The notes beneath the pieces were generated by a model. That model saw only the letters and a program-made list of their open reading frames with translations. It did no database searches and was not told where the DNA came from. DNA of 64,000 nt. Origin: Pristiophorus japonicus (Eukaryota). The stretch covers positions 6,324,001 to 6,388,000 of the forward strand of contig NC_091992.1 in the NCBI RefSeq assembly GCF_044704955.1, read 5' to 3'. Both the position numbers and the translations under genes were made by a program. Shown here piece after piece: positions 24,011 through 35,783 of the stretch (positions are counted from its first letter, which is position 1; each line of letters starts with the position of its first letter).

Positions 24011-24544
24011 TTTCTAATGGATGCACTGAAGAACATGATAGGAGAACCTCACTGTCTCCACAGGGGTATCTCAATTACTTGTTCCCCAGAGCCTCACAGT
24101 GCAGACATTTACTCTGAGTCACTGCGATATCTGTAGGTGCCTGCAGAGGCCAGATCCTGGTCACCCCCTCTTAACGCTGTCATTATAGCGGCACGCCGTA
24201 TCTGAGCCACTTTGCAAACAGGTCGCGGAGCCAGCTCCCTGAGCGTTTACCAGCAGAGCCGGCACAGTGCTCTCGTGGGTCAGAGTGCTCAACCCTCCTC
24301 CCGCCTCCCCTGGCCGCCCAGTCTCCCAGCACCTGTCAGCGGCCATCGGTGTGTGGTGAGGCTGCACAGCCCCACTCGATGGCCGCAACTGACCAGCAAT
24401 CTATCCTTAGAACACTGAGCACTTAATCACTTCCCTGCTTTATCACAGGGCCAGCACACTTCCTGCACAGGGTGGCCAGTGTGTGCCTAACAGCAGCAAG
24501 GAAAAATGGTGAAATGCAACACAAAATAATTTCAGAAGACTAGC

Positions 24545-24960
24545 AGGTTATGGCATTGTTCTCCTTAGAGCAGAGAAGGATATGGGGCGACTTAATAGAG
24601 GTGTTCAAAATCACGAAGGATTTTGATAGAGTAAATAAGGAGAAACTGTCTCCAATGGCAGGAGGGTCGGTAACCAGAGGGACACAGATTTAAGGTAATT
24701 GGGAAAAGAACCAGAGGGGGAGATGAGGAGAGTTTTTTTATGCAACGAGTTGTTATAATCTGGAATGCACTGCCTGAAAAGATGGTGGAAACAGATTCAG
24801 TAGTAACTTTCAAAATGGAATTTAATATATGCTTGAAAAGGAAACATTTTCAGGACTTTGGGGAAAGACAGGGGAGTGGAACTAATTGCTCTTTCAAAGA
24901 GGTGGCGCAGGCACGATGGGCCAAATGGCCTCCTGTGCTCGACTATTCCACTATATTGTA
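24545..24960 (+). mobile_element. Older CR1 subfamily 3' fragment
   Basis: GDLIEVFKI...QRVVIIWNALP. Confidence 0.8.
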
Positions 24961-25817
24961 ATTATATTAAATGTAATTAGATCAAAAAACTGGGTAACAC
25001 AGCGGGTTTAAACCCTCTCCTTCCAACTCTGAGAGCAGGAGCCCTCTGGCTCAGTGGCTGAAAGCACTGCCCACTGGGTGGTCATCGAACTGATCAGAGC
25101 ACTGCAGTTTGCTTTAGTGCCCTCGGGCAATGGAGGCAAATCTCATCCAGGTTCCTATGACCCATGTGGCAAAATGTGAATAATCTGCCAAGCCTCACTG
25201 TCTGAGCTCAAACATGAGGAATGGTCGCTAGGATGAGGTACTGGAGGGTGGGTGCTATGAGCAGAACTGTTCCCATCAAAAATTGTTGGGGGGGAAGGGG
25301 GAGAGAACCATATGGTACTAGAGTTTGACCAGATTGGAAGCACAAATCTCCTTGATATCTGACAGTTCATAAGTTAAGACATTCAGGTCCAGTAGCAAGC
25401 TGCTTCCTAGTGAGTATGTGCTGATAACATAAACTCTCTCTTAACTTGGAACAAATCAAGTATGAGACAAGGAACATAGGACTTGCTGGACAGAAACAGA
25501 CCAAGGTTCATCTAGTTCGCCTTCTACCATCCTGGTGGTCACATGATCCAACAATAATGGAGTTGTTGACCAATCACAGCGATCAATCTCTATCAATGTG
25601 TCGACAACAGACACAGACGTGAGGCGAGGAAAACCCCCAATGGGGGAGAGCTTTGGGAACCAGAGGCCCAAAGTCACCTGTTCCTCCTGAGCCATGCTCC
25701 GCTCCCCACACATCATGTCTCAAATGAGTCATGTACTAAACTCCCTCAATGAGCCACTGTGTATATAAAAACACGAGGCAGGGCCACCAGTGTTGCTGAA
25801 ACTGTGGCGAACTCTGA

Positions 25818-26141
<324 letters not shown>

Positions 26142-26985
26142 TAGACCTTGCAATGAGGCTGAAATAATAACCTGGGGATCCTCTTACCCTGGGTAACTAT
26201 TATCTTCACCTCGCAACAAAAGCCAAATTATATGAGCATCGACAGATTTAGGCACAAATCGTAAATGTATCCGTCAATATTTTAAAATAGCCAATGAATT
26301 TCCATTTCCTTTATTAGTTTTTACAGCATTGTGCGGTAATCTTCCCTCTAGGTTTGCATGGCACTGTGAGAAAGTCTATCCTCATTACATTTGGAGGGCA
26401 CTGTGCAGGTGCTAAATTATCTGCGATGTGAGTTTTATTGGGGGGAACCTAACCCCCCCCCACCCCGCCCTGGATAGAAAGTGACCATCCGTTTTACACC
26501 CCGCCCCATTGGCCAACGTGTAAAACAGGCAGCCAATCCGTTCGTGTGACTTGAATTCAGGGACCGTCAGGATCTCCGCCATCAGGTCACGTTCAGTGGA
26601 GTCTCGCTTATACTGGCGCTGATTCAAACCCCGCCCACATCGACTGGTCTGGCAGCGTTCATCGTAACAGGTCAGGTCACATGAAACTTCCAACACTCCC
26701 AGGTTGCAGCATGATCACTCAAAGTTGATCTAATTTGAACAAATCCAATGCAAACACTCGAGTGCGTGGTCTGACTCACAATGTTGCATCAGATTCCCCC
26801 CTCCATCTCCCTCCTTGCCTATTCACATTGTGCCTCCACACTCAGTACCTTTGATCTCCATGCCCAGAATCAATGCAAGGCCAGGCAATACAAAAGCAAG
26901 ATACTGCGGATGCTGGAATCTGGAATCAAAACAGAAAATGCTGGCAATCTCAGCGGGTCAGGCAGCGTCTGTGGAGAGGAAGCAG

Positions 26986-27022
26986 AGTTAACGTTTCCGG
27001 TCGACGACCCTTCGTCAGAACT
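26986..27022 (-). ncRNA. Second minimal hammerhead motif copy, with one stem II mismatch
   Basis: Reverse complement AGTTCTGACGAAGGGTCGTCGACCGGAAACGTTAACT. Confidence 0.55.
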
Positions 27023-27400
27023 GGAGAGTGTTCGGAAAGAACACATTTTTAACAAGCACCGAAAGGGAGAGGGGAAGGAAGAACAAAAGGGAAGGTCTCT
27101 GATAGGGTGGAAGGCAGGAGAGATTAGAGAGTCAAAAGAGATGATGGGCCAAATAGAAATGGTAATGGCAGGAGTTAGAAAAACATTAGTCAGGATCGGG
27201 TGTGAATGGCGGAGTAATGACCAGCTGCCATTAGAGACGAGGAGAAAAAAAGAAACGTGCTCGGGGGCAGGGGTGGGTGGGTGGGGAGGGAAGGGAGCCA
27301 AAGATTGGCAGCGGTTACGCTCTGAAATTGTTGAACCTGATATTGAGTCCAGAAGGCTGTAACGCGCTTGTTAAGAATGTGTTCTTTCCGAACACTCTCC

Positions 27401-27437
27401 AGTTCTGACGAAGGGTCGTCGACCCGAAACGTTAACT
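27401..27437 (+). ncRNA. Minimal type I hammerhead ribozyme motif (Penelope-associated), sense to BCAS3
   Basis: AGTT-CTGACGA-A-GGGTC-gtc-GACCC-GAAA-CGTT-AACT: catalytic core, 5-bp stem II, 4-bp stem I, palindromic AACGTT in place of stem III. Confidence 0.65.
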
Positions 27438-28367
27438 CTGCTTCCTCTCCACAGACGCTGCCTGACCCGCTGAGATTTCCTGAAGGTAAGTTAATTACTG
27501 GATTGGGAGATTTTGGCCAATCAGAGGTCGATGGGATTGCCAGCTGTCTGCTTATGGGTTGGACCATCCGTTTTTTCAAGTAAACTTTCTAGAAAATGGT
27601 TCAATACAAACCAGTTACCAGAAGCCTTTTGATCTATTCCCCTTACCTCTGTGCCTCGTGACGTGGAGGTTGTCATGTTACTGGGGTTATTAAGGTTTTA
27701 TTAACAGCAAAGCAACCATCAGAACGCGCCCCTTGACCCCACCGTCTGCCTGGTCCTGATCCCGACCCCCTGTCTGGAATTGGAATTGGAATTGGCAAAT
27801 CCTACAGCCGATTGCTGCTAACTTGACAATCTTAACATTCTGTCTTATCTTCCAAAGCAATCCAGCAGCCTCGTTACGTAATTGGAATTCCTCTCAATAA
27901 CTTGAGCTAGTTGCTGAGTCTGGTATGTTTTGATCCGTTAACTTATTGGTGGTAATTATAAATTGGGATGGGGGGTATGGGTGGAATGAGGATGGAAATG
28001 TGTGTTGACAGAGACTGCACTGGCTCAAATGCTCTTTACTACTCTCATGGAGAAGGTACTCAGGCCAGTAGATTGTTGCTAAATAATGCCTTCATGAAAA
28101 ACATTCAAGAATGTGCTGACAGGCTTCCAGTCTGACATCCATTAATCCATTTTTAGTGTAAGAACTGCAGAAATGCTGGGAGATAGGCCGGGCAGCCTCG
28201 CTGTATCTTATCATGTGACTCTCCAACTCCGAGGACCCCACATAATACCCCCTCCCCCACAAGCAGCATTGTCAATGTACAACCACCTTATTTGGCATAT
28301 TTAGAACAGAAAGCCTGAGGCCTGCAGATGACCAGGAGCTGATCTGTTGCTGGGGGGAGGGGGATTC

Positions 28368-28820
28368 TTCTCAGGCAGTCTCTCGGAGTTGAGGATGACT
28401 TGCTTCCACACTAACATGAGTTCTAAGGTGGCTGATGAGTCGGGATCTACAGACTCTGTCGCAGGTGGTGGTTGAAGGGATGGGTGGGTGGGGTGCTTGG
28501 TTTGTCGTACGCTCCTTCCGCTGTTTGTACTTCCGCGTGCTCCCGACGAAGAGACTCGAAGTGTTGCCGAATGCTTCCTTCTCCACTTTGAGCGGTCATG
28601 GGCCAGGGATTCCCAAGAGTCGGTGGGGATGTTACATTTCTTCAGTGAGGCTTTGAGGATGTCCTTGAAGCGTTTTCTCTGCCCTCCTGGGGTTCACTTG
28701 CCGTGACGGAGCTCAGAGCAGAGTGCCTGTTTCGGGAGTCTTGTATCAGGCATGCGGACTACGTGGCCCGCCGATCGGAGCTGATTGAGCGTGGTCAATG
28801 CTTCGATGCTGGGGATGTAT
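28368..28820 (-). mobile_element. RTE-clade LINE 3' fragment
   Basis: Minus strand ...RWAGHVVRMPDTRLPKQ...RKRFKD...CDRVCRSRLISHLRTH. Confidence 0.85.
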
Positions 28821-29200
28821 TGGCGCATGTGGAGGTTCGGAGGGAAAGTTCGTGCCTGAGGTAGGCTGAATTTGTGGGATTAGGGTTTATTAAGGCTAGA
28901 GGAAGTTTAGACATTGGGAGGGGGGAGGTTGGGGATGAAAAATTGTTGGATGGTGGAAGATGACAAGGATAAAGTTGTTTTGGCAGGGGAGCTCCCTAGG
29001 GAGCTGCCACCCCGGCGGCCATCTTGTAGTGCACACTTCCTGCACTGTCCATGTACTTGCCTGTTCTAGCTCTGTATTTATTCAAGGTCAGGTTTACCTC
29101 TTTGCCTCTTGTTGTTCTGCACCCTCGGCTGTCCTCCCTTTGAGGAAGTAACTGGCTTTGAACCCCTGACAGAGCGAGTGCCTGATATTGGGGTCATGCC

Positions 29201-29550
29201 CAGGGTCGCCAACTCTGGTTGGACTTATTACTGGAGATTTCATCACATGACCTCTTGCCTCCAACCACCCTGCCTCATGCCATTGGTCGCCCGACACACC
29301 CATTCTCACAGGGCTCCGCCCTATGCCAATTGGAAAACAAACACACATCGTTAGCCAGTTGGATGATTATTGACTTTAAGTCAAAGAACCATTTTTTCCA
29401 TCTCCTATAGTTTTACAACTAATAAGAGAAAGTGGTCAAATAAAATTCCCCGATAATTATTCTCCCGGGTGGTGCTCGCAGCAATGTCCTGGAGATGAAT
29501 CTTCAATTCCTGGAGACTCCAGCACAATCTTTGGAGGGTTGGCAACACTA
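29201..29550 (-). mobile_element. hAT-like MITE, copy 4
   Basis: Degenerate TIRs cagggtcgccaac...gttggcaacacta. Confidence 0.7.
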
Positions 29551-29829
29551 ACCGTTCCGTGTGGAGGTGAGGGAGGAGCAGGCCCATTGTCCCACTATCC
29601 CATTTGCCCACCTGTTGATAACTTCAAGGACTCCCCCAAATTCTGTCCTCTTCTCCTGAAGCCGGTGATCACGGGGAGATATAATTCCACCCACACCGAA
29701 CCTCTGACACCTGCACACACGCATTGTGCAGCCAGGCTCACCTGCTATCGTTCAGGAGCAGGAACCCTGACCGATTTCTTTCCCACTGCCTAGCCCAGGC
29801 CACAAATGCTGCCTGGCCTAGAGAAAGTA

Positions 29830-30775
29830 GAGCAGCCCTGGACAACGTGGACCACTTTCCATACCTCGGGAGCCTATTATCAACAAGGGCAGACATCGAC
29901 TGCGAGGTTCAACACCGCCTCCAGTGCACCAGCGCAGCCTTCGACTGCCTGAGGAAAAGCGTGTTCGAAGATCAGGCTCTCAAATCTGCCACCAAACTTA
30001 TGGTGTACAGGCCTGGGCTAGGCAGTGGGAAAGAAATCGGTCAGGGTTCCTGCTCCTGAACGATAGCAGGTGAGCCTGGCTGCACAATGCGTGTGTGCAG
30101 GTGTCAGAGGTTCGGTGTGGCTGGAATTATATCTCCCCGTGTATGTATCCTCCTATGTATCTCAGAGATGTGGACCATATACAGTAGACACCTCAAATCG
30201 CTGGAGAAATACCACCAACGATGTCTCCACAAAATCCTACAAATCTCCTGGGAGGACAGATGCACCAATGTTAGCGTCCTCGACCAGGCCAACATCCCCA
30301 GCATCAAAGCACTGACCACACTCGACCAGCTCCGTTGGGCGGGCCACATTGTTCGCATGCCTGACACAAGACCCCCAAAGCAACACTCTACTTGGAACTC
30401 TTACACGGCAAACGAGCCCAACGTGGGCAGAGGAAACGTTTCAAGGACACCCTCAAAGACTCCTTGATAAAATGCAACACCCCACCTACATCTGGGAATC
30501 CCTGGCCAAAGATTGACCTCGATGGAGGAGGTGCATCCGGGAGGGCGCTGAGCATCTCGAGTCTCGTCACCGAGAGCATGCAGAACCCCAGCGCAGGCAG
30601 CGGAAGGAGCGTGCGACAAATCAGACTCCCCACCCACCCTTTCCTTCAACCACCGTCTGTCCTACCTGTGACAGAGACTGTAATTCCCATATTGGACTGT
30701 TCAGTCACCTAAGAACTCACTTTTAGAGTGGAAGCAAGTCTTCTTCGATTTCGAGGGACTGCCTATGATGATGAG
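29830..30775 (+). mobile_element. RTE-clade (BovB-like) LINE 3' ~0.8 kb, interrupted at 30010-30141
   Basis: LDNVDHFPYLGS...LRWAGHIVRMPDTR...GQRKRFKDTLK...SHLRTH; tail gactgcctatgatgatga. Confidence 0.9.
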
Positions 30776-30859
30776 GGAAAGTAGAGGTGGCCGATTATAG
30801 GACTGGAGGGGGTGGAATAGGAGGAAATGTTCTAATAATTTTTTTAACATTCGAAAGCA

Positions 30860-31165
30860 GCAATAACTTGCAGTTATAAAGTACCATTATTGTAGTAAAA
30901 TGTCCCACAGCGCTTCACATGAGCGTAATTAAACAAAATTTGAGACTGAGCCACATATTGGGACAGATGGCCAACAGCTTGGTCAAAGAGGTAGGTTTCA
31001 AGAGCGTCTTAAAGGAGGAGAGAGAGGGGAGAGGTTTAGGGAGGGAATTCCAGAGCTGAGAGCCCAGGCAGCTGAAGGCACGGCCGCCACTGGTGGAGGG
31101 ATGAAAATTGGGGATGCTGAAGAGGCCAGAATTGGAGGAGCGCAGAGATCTCGGAGGATTTGTCG
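30860..31165 (-). mobile_element. L2 LINE 3' fragment
   Basis: PPRSLRSSNSGL...GGRAFSCLGSQLWNSLP...SFKTLLK. Confidence 0.85.
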
Positions 31166-32023
31166 GACCGGAGGAGAACAAGGTAACAGAAAGTGGATGC
31201 CGTTTACTGTCGCTCGTGTGCGGGCATTTCAAATGGAAAGGCTGAGCTGGGAATCGAGACAGTGTCACATAAATAAAGGGAAACGAGCACTTTGACAGCA
31301 GAGTGTTTAACTCATTTAGGGACACTGCCTTGGTCCACCGCTTTCCCTTAACAACAGGCTCTTTCATATTTCAGAGGGATGCAAGTCTGAGTCTGGACCG
31401 TGCAGCTCAGAGCAGAAAGGTCACAAGGCTGTAATGCAGTTAGCATTGACTGCCCCCTCTTGTAGTGCGTCTATTAGCCTGTAATTTGATTTGTAGCTAT
31501 TCATTGGGAGTCCCTGCAGCAGTGTGGTACGGGCTGCTATATAATTGGTACTGTCTCTATTTTTACATCATTAGATTAGCCCCTAATGCCTGGCCACTTG
31601 TTGTCTGCGCTGGGCCGACCATTTATATGGCTTTAATGTAACATAAAATTCATTACTGACCACATCGAGCAATCGCGCAACCCCCCCTCCGCACTGGAGC
31701 TTTGTACAAAACGTAGCTTTAAACCTTTGTGGTGCGAGGTAGTCAGGATAACATAATCAGGGTAGGGATTAATACACAGAAGCATCTATGGGGTGAGGTT
31801 TACCATGTTGTGATCCCGAGGCAGGGTTTCACACGATGAGAATGCAAATTAGAAACTTGTGGGCAGGGGTCACCACACCAGATTTGTAGCCCATGTGATT
31901 TTCTGTCCATTGGATGAGTCCATCATGTGGCCACAATCTGGGCACTGACCATCGCCCCCCAAATGTGTCCTATCAGGTGAAGCTCTGTAACCGATGGTAT
32001 TGCACTGTAGACGTCGCCATCCA

Positions 32024-32417
32024 TACAAGCACTTATACCTTATACCAGATCCCTCTGCGCTATTTGTTAAACCACTGTACACCCAACATGCGCACAGGGG
32101 AAGGTAGCACGATGGGTAAGATGTTAAAATTAGATTTTCAAATTCTCATCCTTGTATTCAAATCCCTCCATGACTTGGCCCCTCCCTATCTCTGTAACCT
32201 CCTCCAGCCCTACAACCCTCCGAGATCTCTGCGCACCTCCAATTCTGGCCTCCTAAGGGTGGTGGCGAGGCCACGGAGGAATTGGAACACAAAGATGAGA
32301 ATTTTAACATCGACTTTGAGCATCTTATCATGCTACCTTCCCCTGACAGCATGTTGGGTTAACAACGATTTAACAAACGGAGGGATCTAGTACAGTACGA
32401 GGTATAATGTGTTTGTA
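32024..32417. repeat. Diverged ~395-bp foldback (inverted repeat) with an L2-derived centre
   Basis: Left arm tacaagcacttatacc...acccaacatgc...caggggaaggtagca...taagatg matches the reverse complement of catctta...tgctaccttcccctg...gcatgttgggt...ggtataatgtgtttgta. Confidence 0.8.
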
Positions 32418-32923
32418 CCTGAGCTCAGTTAATTGGAATATACAACTCTGTCCGCTGGATAACTTTAACAAGGGAGGAATTTCCACCTAATACGGTCCAG
32501 GCACAGTGCAACTCCTGCACTGAGTCTTGAGACTCCAGGAGTTGGTGAAGAAACTGTTTTCTAAGGGCGACATTTCGAAAGTCGATGACACCGACATGTA
32601 TGTTACTGACACCGACTTGCATGTCCGTTAGCACAAAAGCTGCAAGCAGTGGATTACCAAAGATCGTGTCCGGAAGTGAGAATATTCGCAATATTATCCT
32701 CTCCCCCACTCCGAATCAGTCAGTCTGGGATTGCAATCCTGAGGGTTCGATCAAAATAACAGTGAATTTATTGGAAGAGATCGAGTGTGGCACTTGGGGT
32801 ACTGGTTGGTCATCTTATGTACCCAATTTACAAACGCAAACTCTCCGGTCCTCTCCTGTAGCTTCCCCAGCTCATCAGTGTCAGCCCCAGACCCTGATAT
32901 AGACGGCACCAGGTTCACTCGGT

Positions 32924-33298
32924 CAGTGTCGTCCAATAGGAATTGCTGACTAGCCACATACGAGGCTGCAGCAACATCTTTTTAGCCACATGCACTGATT
33001 TGAGGAGAAACCGTTACTTTACATGTATATTTACTTAACAAACATCTACCACCATTCACTAACCAAGGGCAATCAAAAAAACACTTGCAGGCTCTGCTTT
33101 TCTTCTCACCGTTTTACCAACAAACACGCAAAAAGGTTAAAGTTCACACGTACACACTGCGATGTGAGTATGGGATCACATGGCCAGCGACGGTGCGTCT
33201 ATTACTCTTTTTTATTCACGAATCAGAAATGCAATTAGCCACATCTGGATTCCCAATTAGCCACATGTGGCTAGTGGCTAACGTACGGGACAACAGTG
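32924..33298. mobile_element. Non-autonomous hAT-Charlie-like element (MER3/MER33-like ends)
   Basis: Starts cagtgtcgtccaatagg; ends tagccacatgtggctagtggctaacgtacgggacaacagtg; repeated tagccacat motifs. Confidence 0.6.
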
Positions 33299-34176
33299 TG
33301 CTGAGTGTGTGCTGAGTGATCCCTTCGCCCTGCTCCGCCGGGAGAGCAGCTTCCTTCCTCTGGGGCTGGCTCCGGGAGGATGGGGAGAGGCCGCTGTCAG
33401 TCCTCGAACCTGTTCACTCCAGACTGTTTCTCCATCGACGGCCCTGCGAATGCACAGGCATGGTTGCCGTGGGTTACAGCCCGCACCATTCCAAGCCGCT
33501 GCAGTAATAACTCGATTAGTCCCGAGGAGAAGCTGTGTAGCCCTGGGCCGGAGAGAGGTCTCGGGGCAGGAGTTCTTCATATCAAAATGAGAGTCTGAGC
33601 TCGAGTTTGAACAAGATTTATAGAATTTCTATGCAGTACATATAGTTGTCAATACCTTACAACGTGGTGCATAATATGTATAATGTTTGAAATGATAGTG
33701 TGTATAGTGCAATGTAAAAGCGTTGAGTCTGTACATACATGCACAGGCCTTCCAGTTGCTTAACCAAGTGGCCATTCAGCGTGTGTGTGATCCTGAACAG
33801 CGATATCCGACGATGGAAGGCATCACAGCTGAATCCAGCTCTGGCACTTTAAAGAGAGGTCAGTCACTGCATCACGATCAACTGTGGGAGACCTCACTAG
33901 GCCAGGGGCACTGAGCAGGGTGGTTAACTCTTGCTGAAGGAATTCCTGGAAGTTTGATCACGTGACAATCTGATCACGTGATGTCTGATCACATGACATA
34001 TGACCACATGACATCTGCAAATTTAGTGCATACTTTATAAAGGTTGGGTTCGCTGCAGTTGAGTATTTTTGCTCGTGGTTTCACGCCAGCAGCTGATGTG
34101 TGAGAAGTTCCGAGAGCCAAGAGGCCGCCCGTGAATGGGTTCAGAGGGGAAACCGAGGGAGTAGAGTAAGAGAAAC

Positions 34177-34290
34177 CGAGGGCGGGGAAGAGGGGAGCCA
34201 GAGGGCGGGGAAGAGGGGAGCCAGAGGGCAGGGAAGAGGGGAGCCAGAGGGCGGGGAAGAGGGGAGCCAGAGGGCGGGGAAGAGGGGAGA
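34177..34290. repeat. 23-bp purine-rich tandem repeat, about 5 copies
   Basis: gagggcggggaagaggggagcca. Confidence 0.9.
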
Positions 34291-35199
34291 CAGATGGTTA
34301 ACCTGGGAGACTCAGTCAGAGGCGATCTGTACTTGGAACGTGACACGTCAAAAATGGCCGCCACATACCACTAATATCCTTTGCTTGATTGGGTGATCAG
34401 AATGGCACACTGTATTTGAGATGATATCTGACCCCCCAGTAAATACTGACACATTAAAGGTAACTCCTAGTAAATGCTAAAACACTAAAGGGAACCCCTT
34501 GTCAATATTGTGGCACTAAAGGGACTCTTTTGTAAATATTGATATGGTTCTCAGATCCCCTTATAAATATTGTCACACTCCTACAGACCCCCTGCGAATA
34601 ATGGCAATCTTTTAAGTTACACTGTTCTTGGGCTAGTTTCGTGCATGAAGAGTGGCCACTTGGATGAGGTACCCATGGGCTGTCAGCATTCATGTGACCA
34701 GACCCCAGCCACTCAGGAGAGGACGGGGAAAAGCTGGCCTAGAAAATCATCATTTTGAAGCGATTAACCCTCATGAAAGGGACGATTTATTGCGGTATCG
34801 AACGCCTGAGGTGGTGATGCCACTCCGATTCCTGAGCATTACCAGGATGATTTAACCCTGAAATAACGGACAGATAAGAGACCAGTAATGTCATGAACTG
34901 GGGCGATTTATTAATATCTGTCCGGTTCCTGTGGCTAATACTCTGCACTCACCAGCTGTGAGCTCATTGTTTCTGATGGGAAATTTCAGAAACGAGGGTC
35001 AAAGATGTTTTATACTTTGACCCCTTGATGACTTGGCAGTGACTTTATTTCTGGATCAAAGTTTTTTTTTTAAATCGAAAAATCTGTTTCCAAAATGCTG
35101 CAAATAGGGAAGCCAGTGGGAATATCTAAGGACTAGATCATATGGCATGGTGTCGGAGACCCACTGGTGAGTGTGTTACACTGGTCTTGTACGCAGACG

Positions 35200-35498
35200 T
35201 GAGCCCATAATCTAGGCTGACACTCCAGTACTGAGGGAGTGCTGCACCGTGTGCCCACTCAGGTGGATGTCAAAGATTCCATGCCACTATTTTGAAGACG
35301 AGCAGGGGAGTTCTCTCTGGTGTCCTGGCCAATATTTATCCCTCAACCAACATCACGAAGAAACAAATGATCTGGCCATTATCACATTGTTGTATGTGGG
35401 AGCTTGCTGTGCACAAATTGACTGTTACGTTTCCTACAAAGCGCCTTGGGACATCCTGTAGTTGTGAAAGCACTATATAAATGCAAATTCTTTTTTCT
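35200..35498 (+). mobile_element. DeuSINE, internally deleted
   Basis: ctaggctgacactccagtactgagggag...ataaatgcaa. Confidence 0.8.
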
Positions 35499-35739
35499 TT
35501 ATGTGGGTAATGTAACCCCGGGGAAAATAGTGAGAACCATATTGTATCGTTAACCCCGTCGGTACAGCCGCACACCCTGCCCTTTCAGTATTTACAGACA
35601 GCTGAGTCCAGCAACCATGGGGGCTGCGTAGGCCAAAATACGTTCACCAGACAAATACAGATGCTGATGAGGGATGATCGTTTTCAGAAGGGAATACTGA
35701 AGGGTTCTTCCCCTCTCCATGTTGCTTTAAAGGATTTAG

Positions 35740-35743
<4 letters not shown>

Positions 35744-35775
<32 letters not shown>

Positions 35776-35783
35776 CCCTCTCT
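35744..35783. repeat. (CT)n microsatellite
   Basis: Direct inspection. Confidence 0.9.

Larger units (their letters stand above)
26890..27480 (-). mobile_element. 5'-truncated Penelope-like retroelement with an inverted partial pseudo-LTR (27366-27480)
   Basis: Minus strand 27365-27315 encodes ALQPSGLNIRFNNFRA*, resembling the GIY-YIG C-terminus of Penelope ORFs; 3' UTR has ctgacgaagg...gaaacgtt; 26943-27057 is the reverse complement of 27366-27480. Confidence 0.82.

Noticed and set aside
32425-32902. Protein-looking ORFs on both strands
   Set aside because: No recognisable homology or convincing splice-site pair
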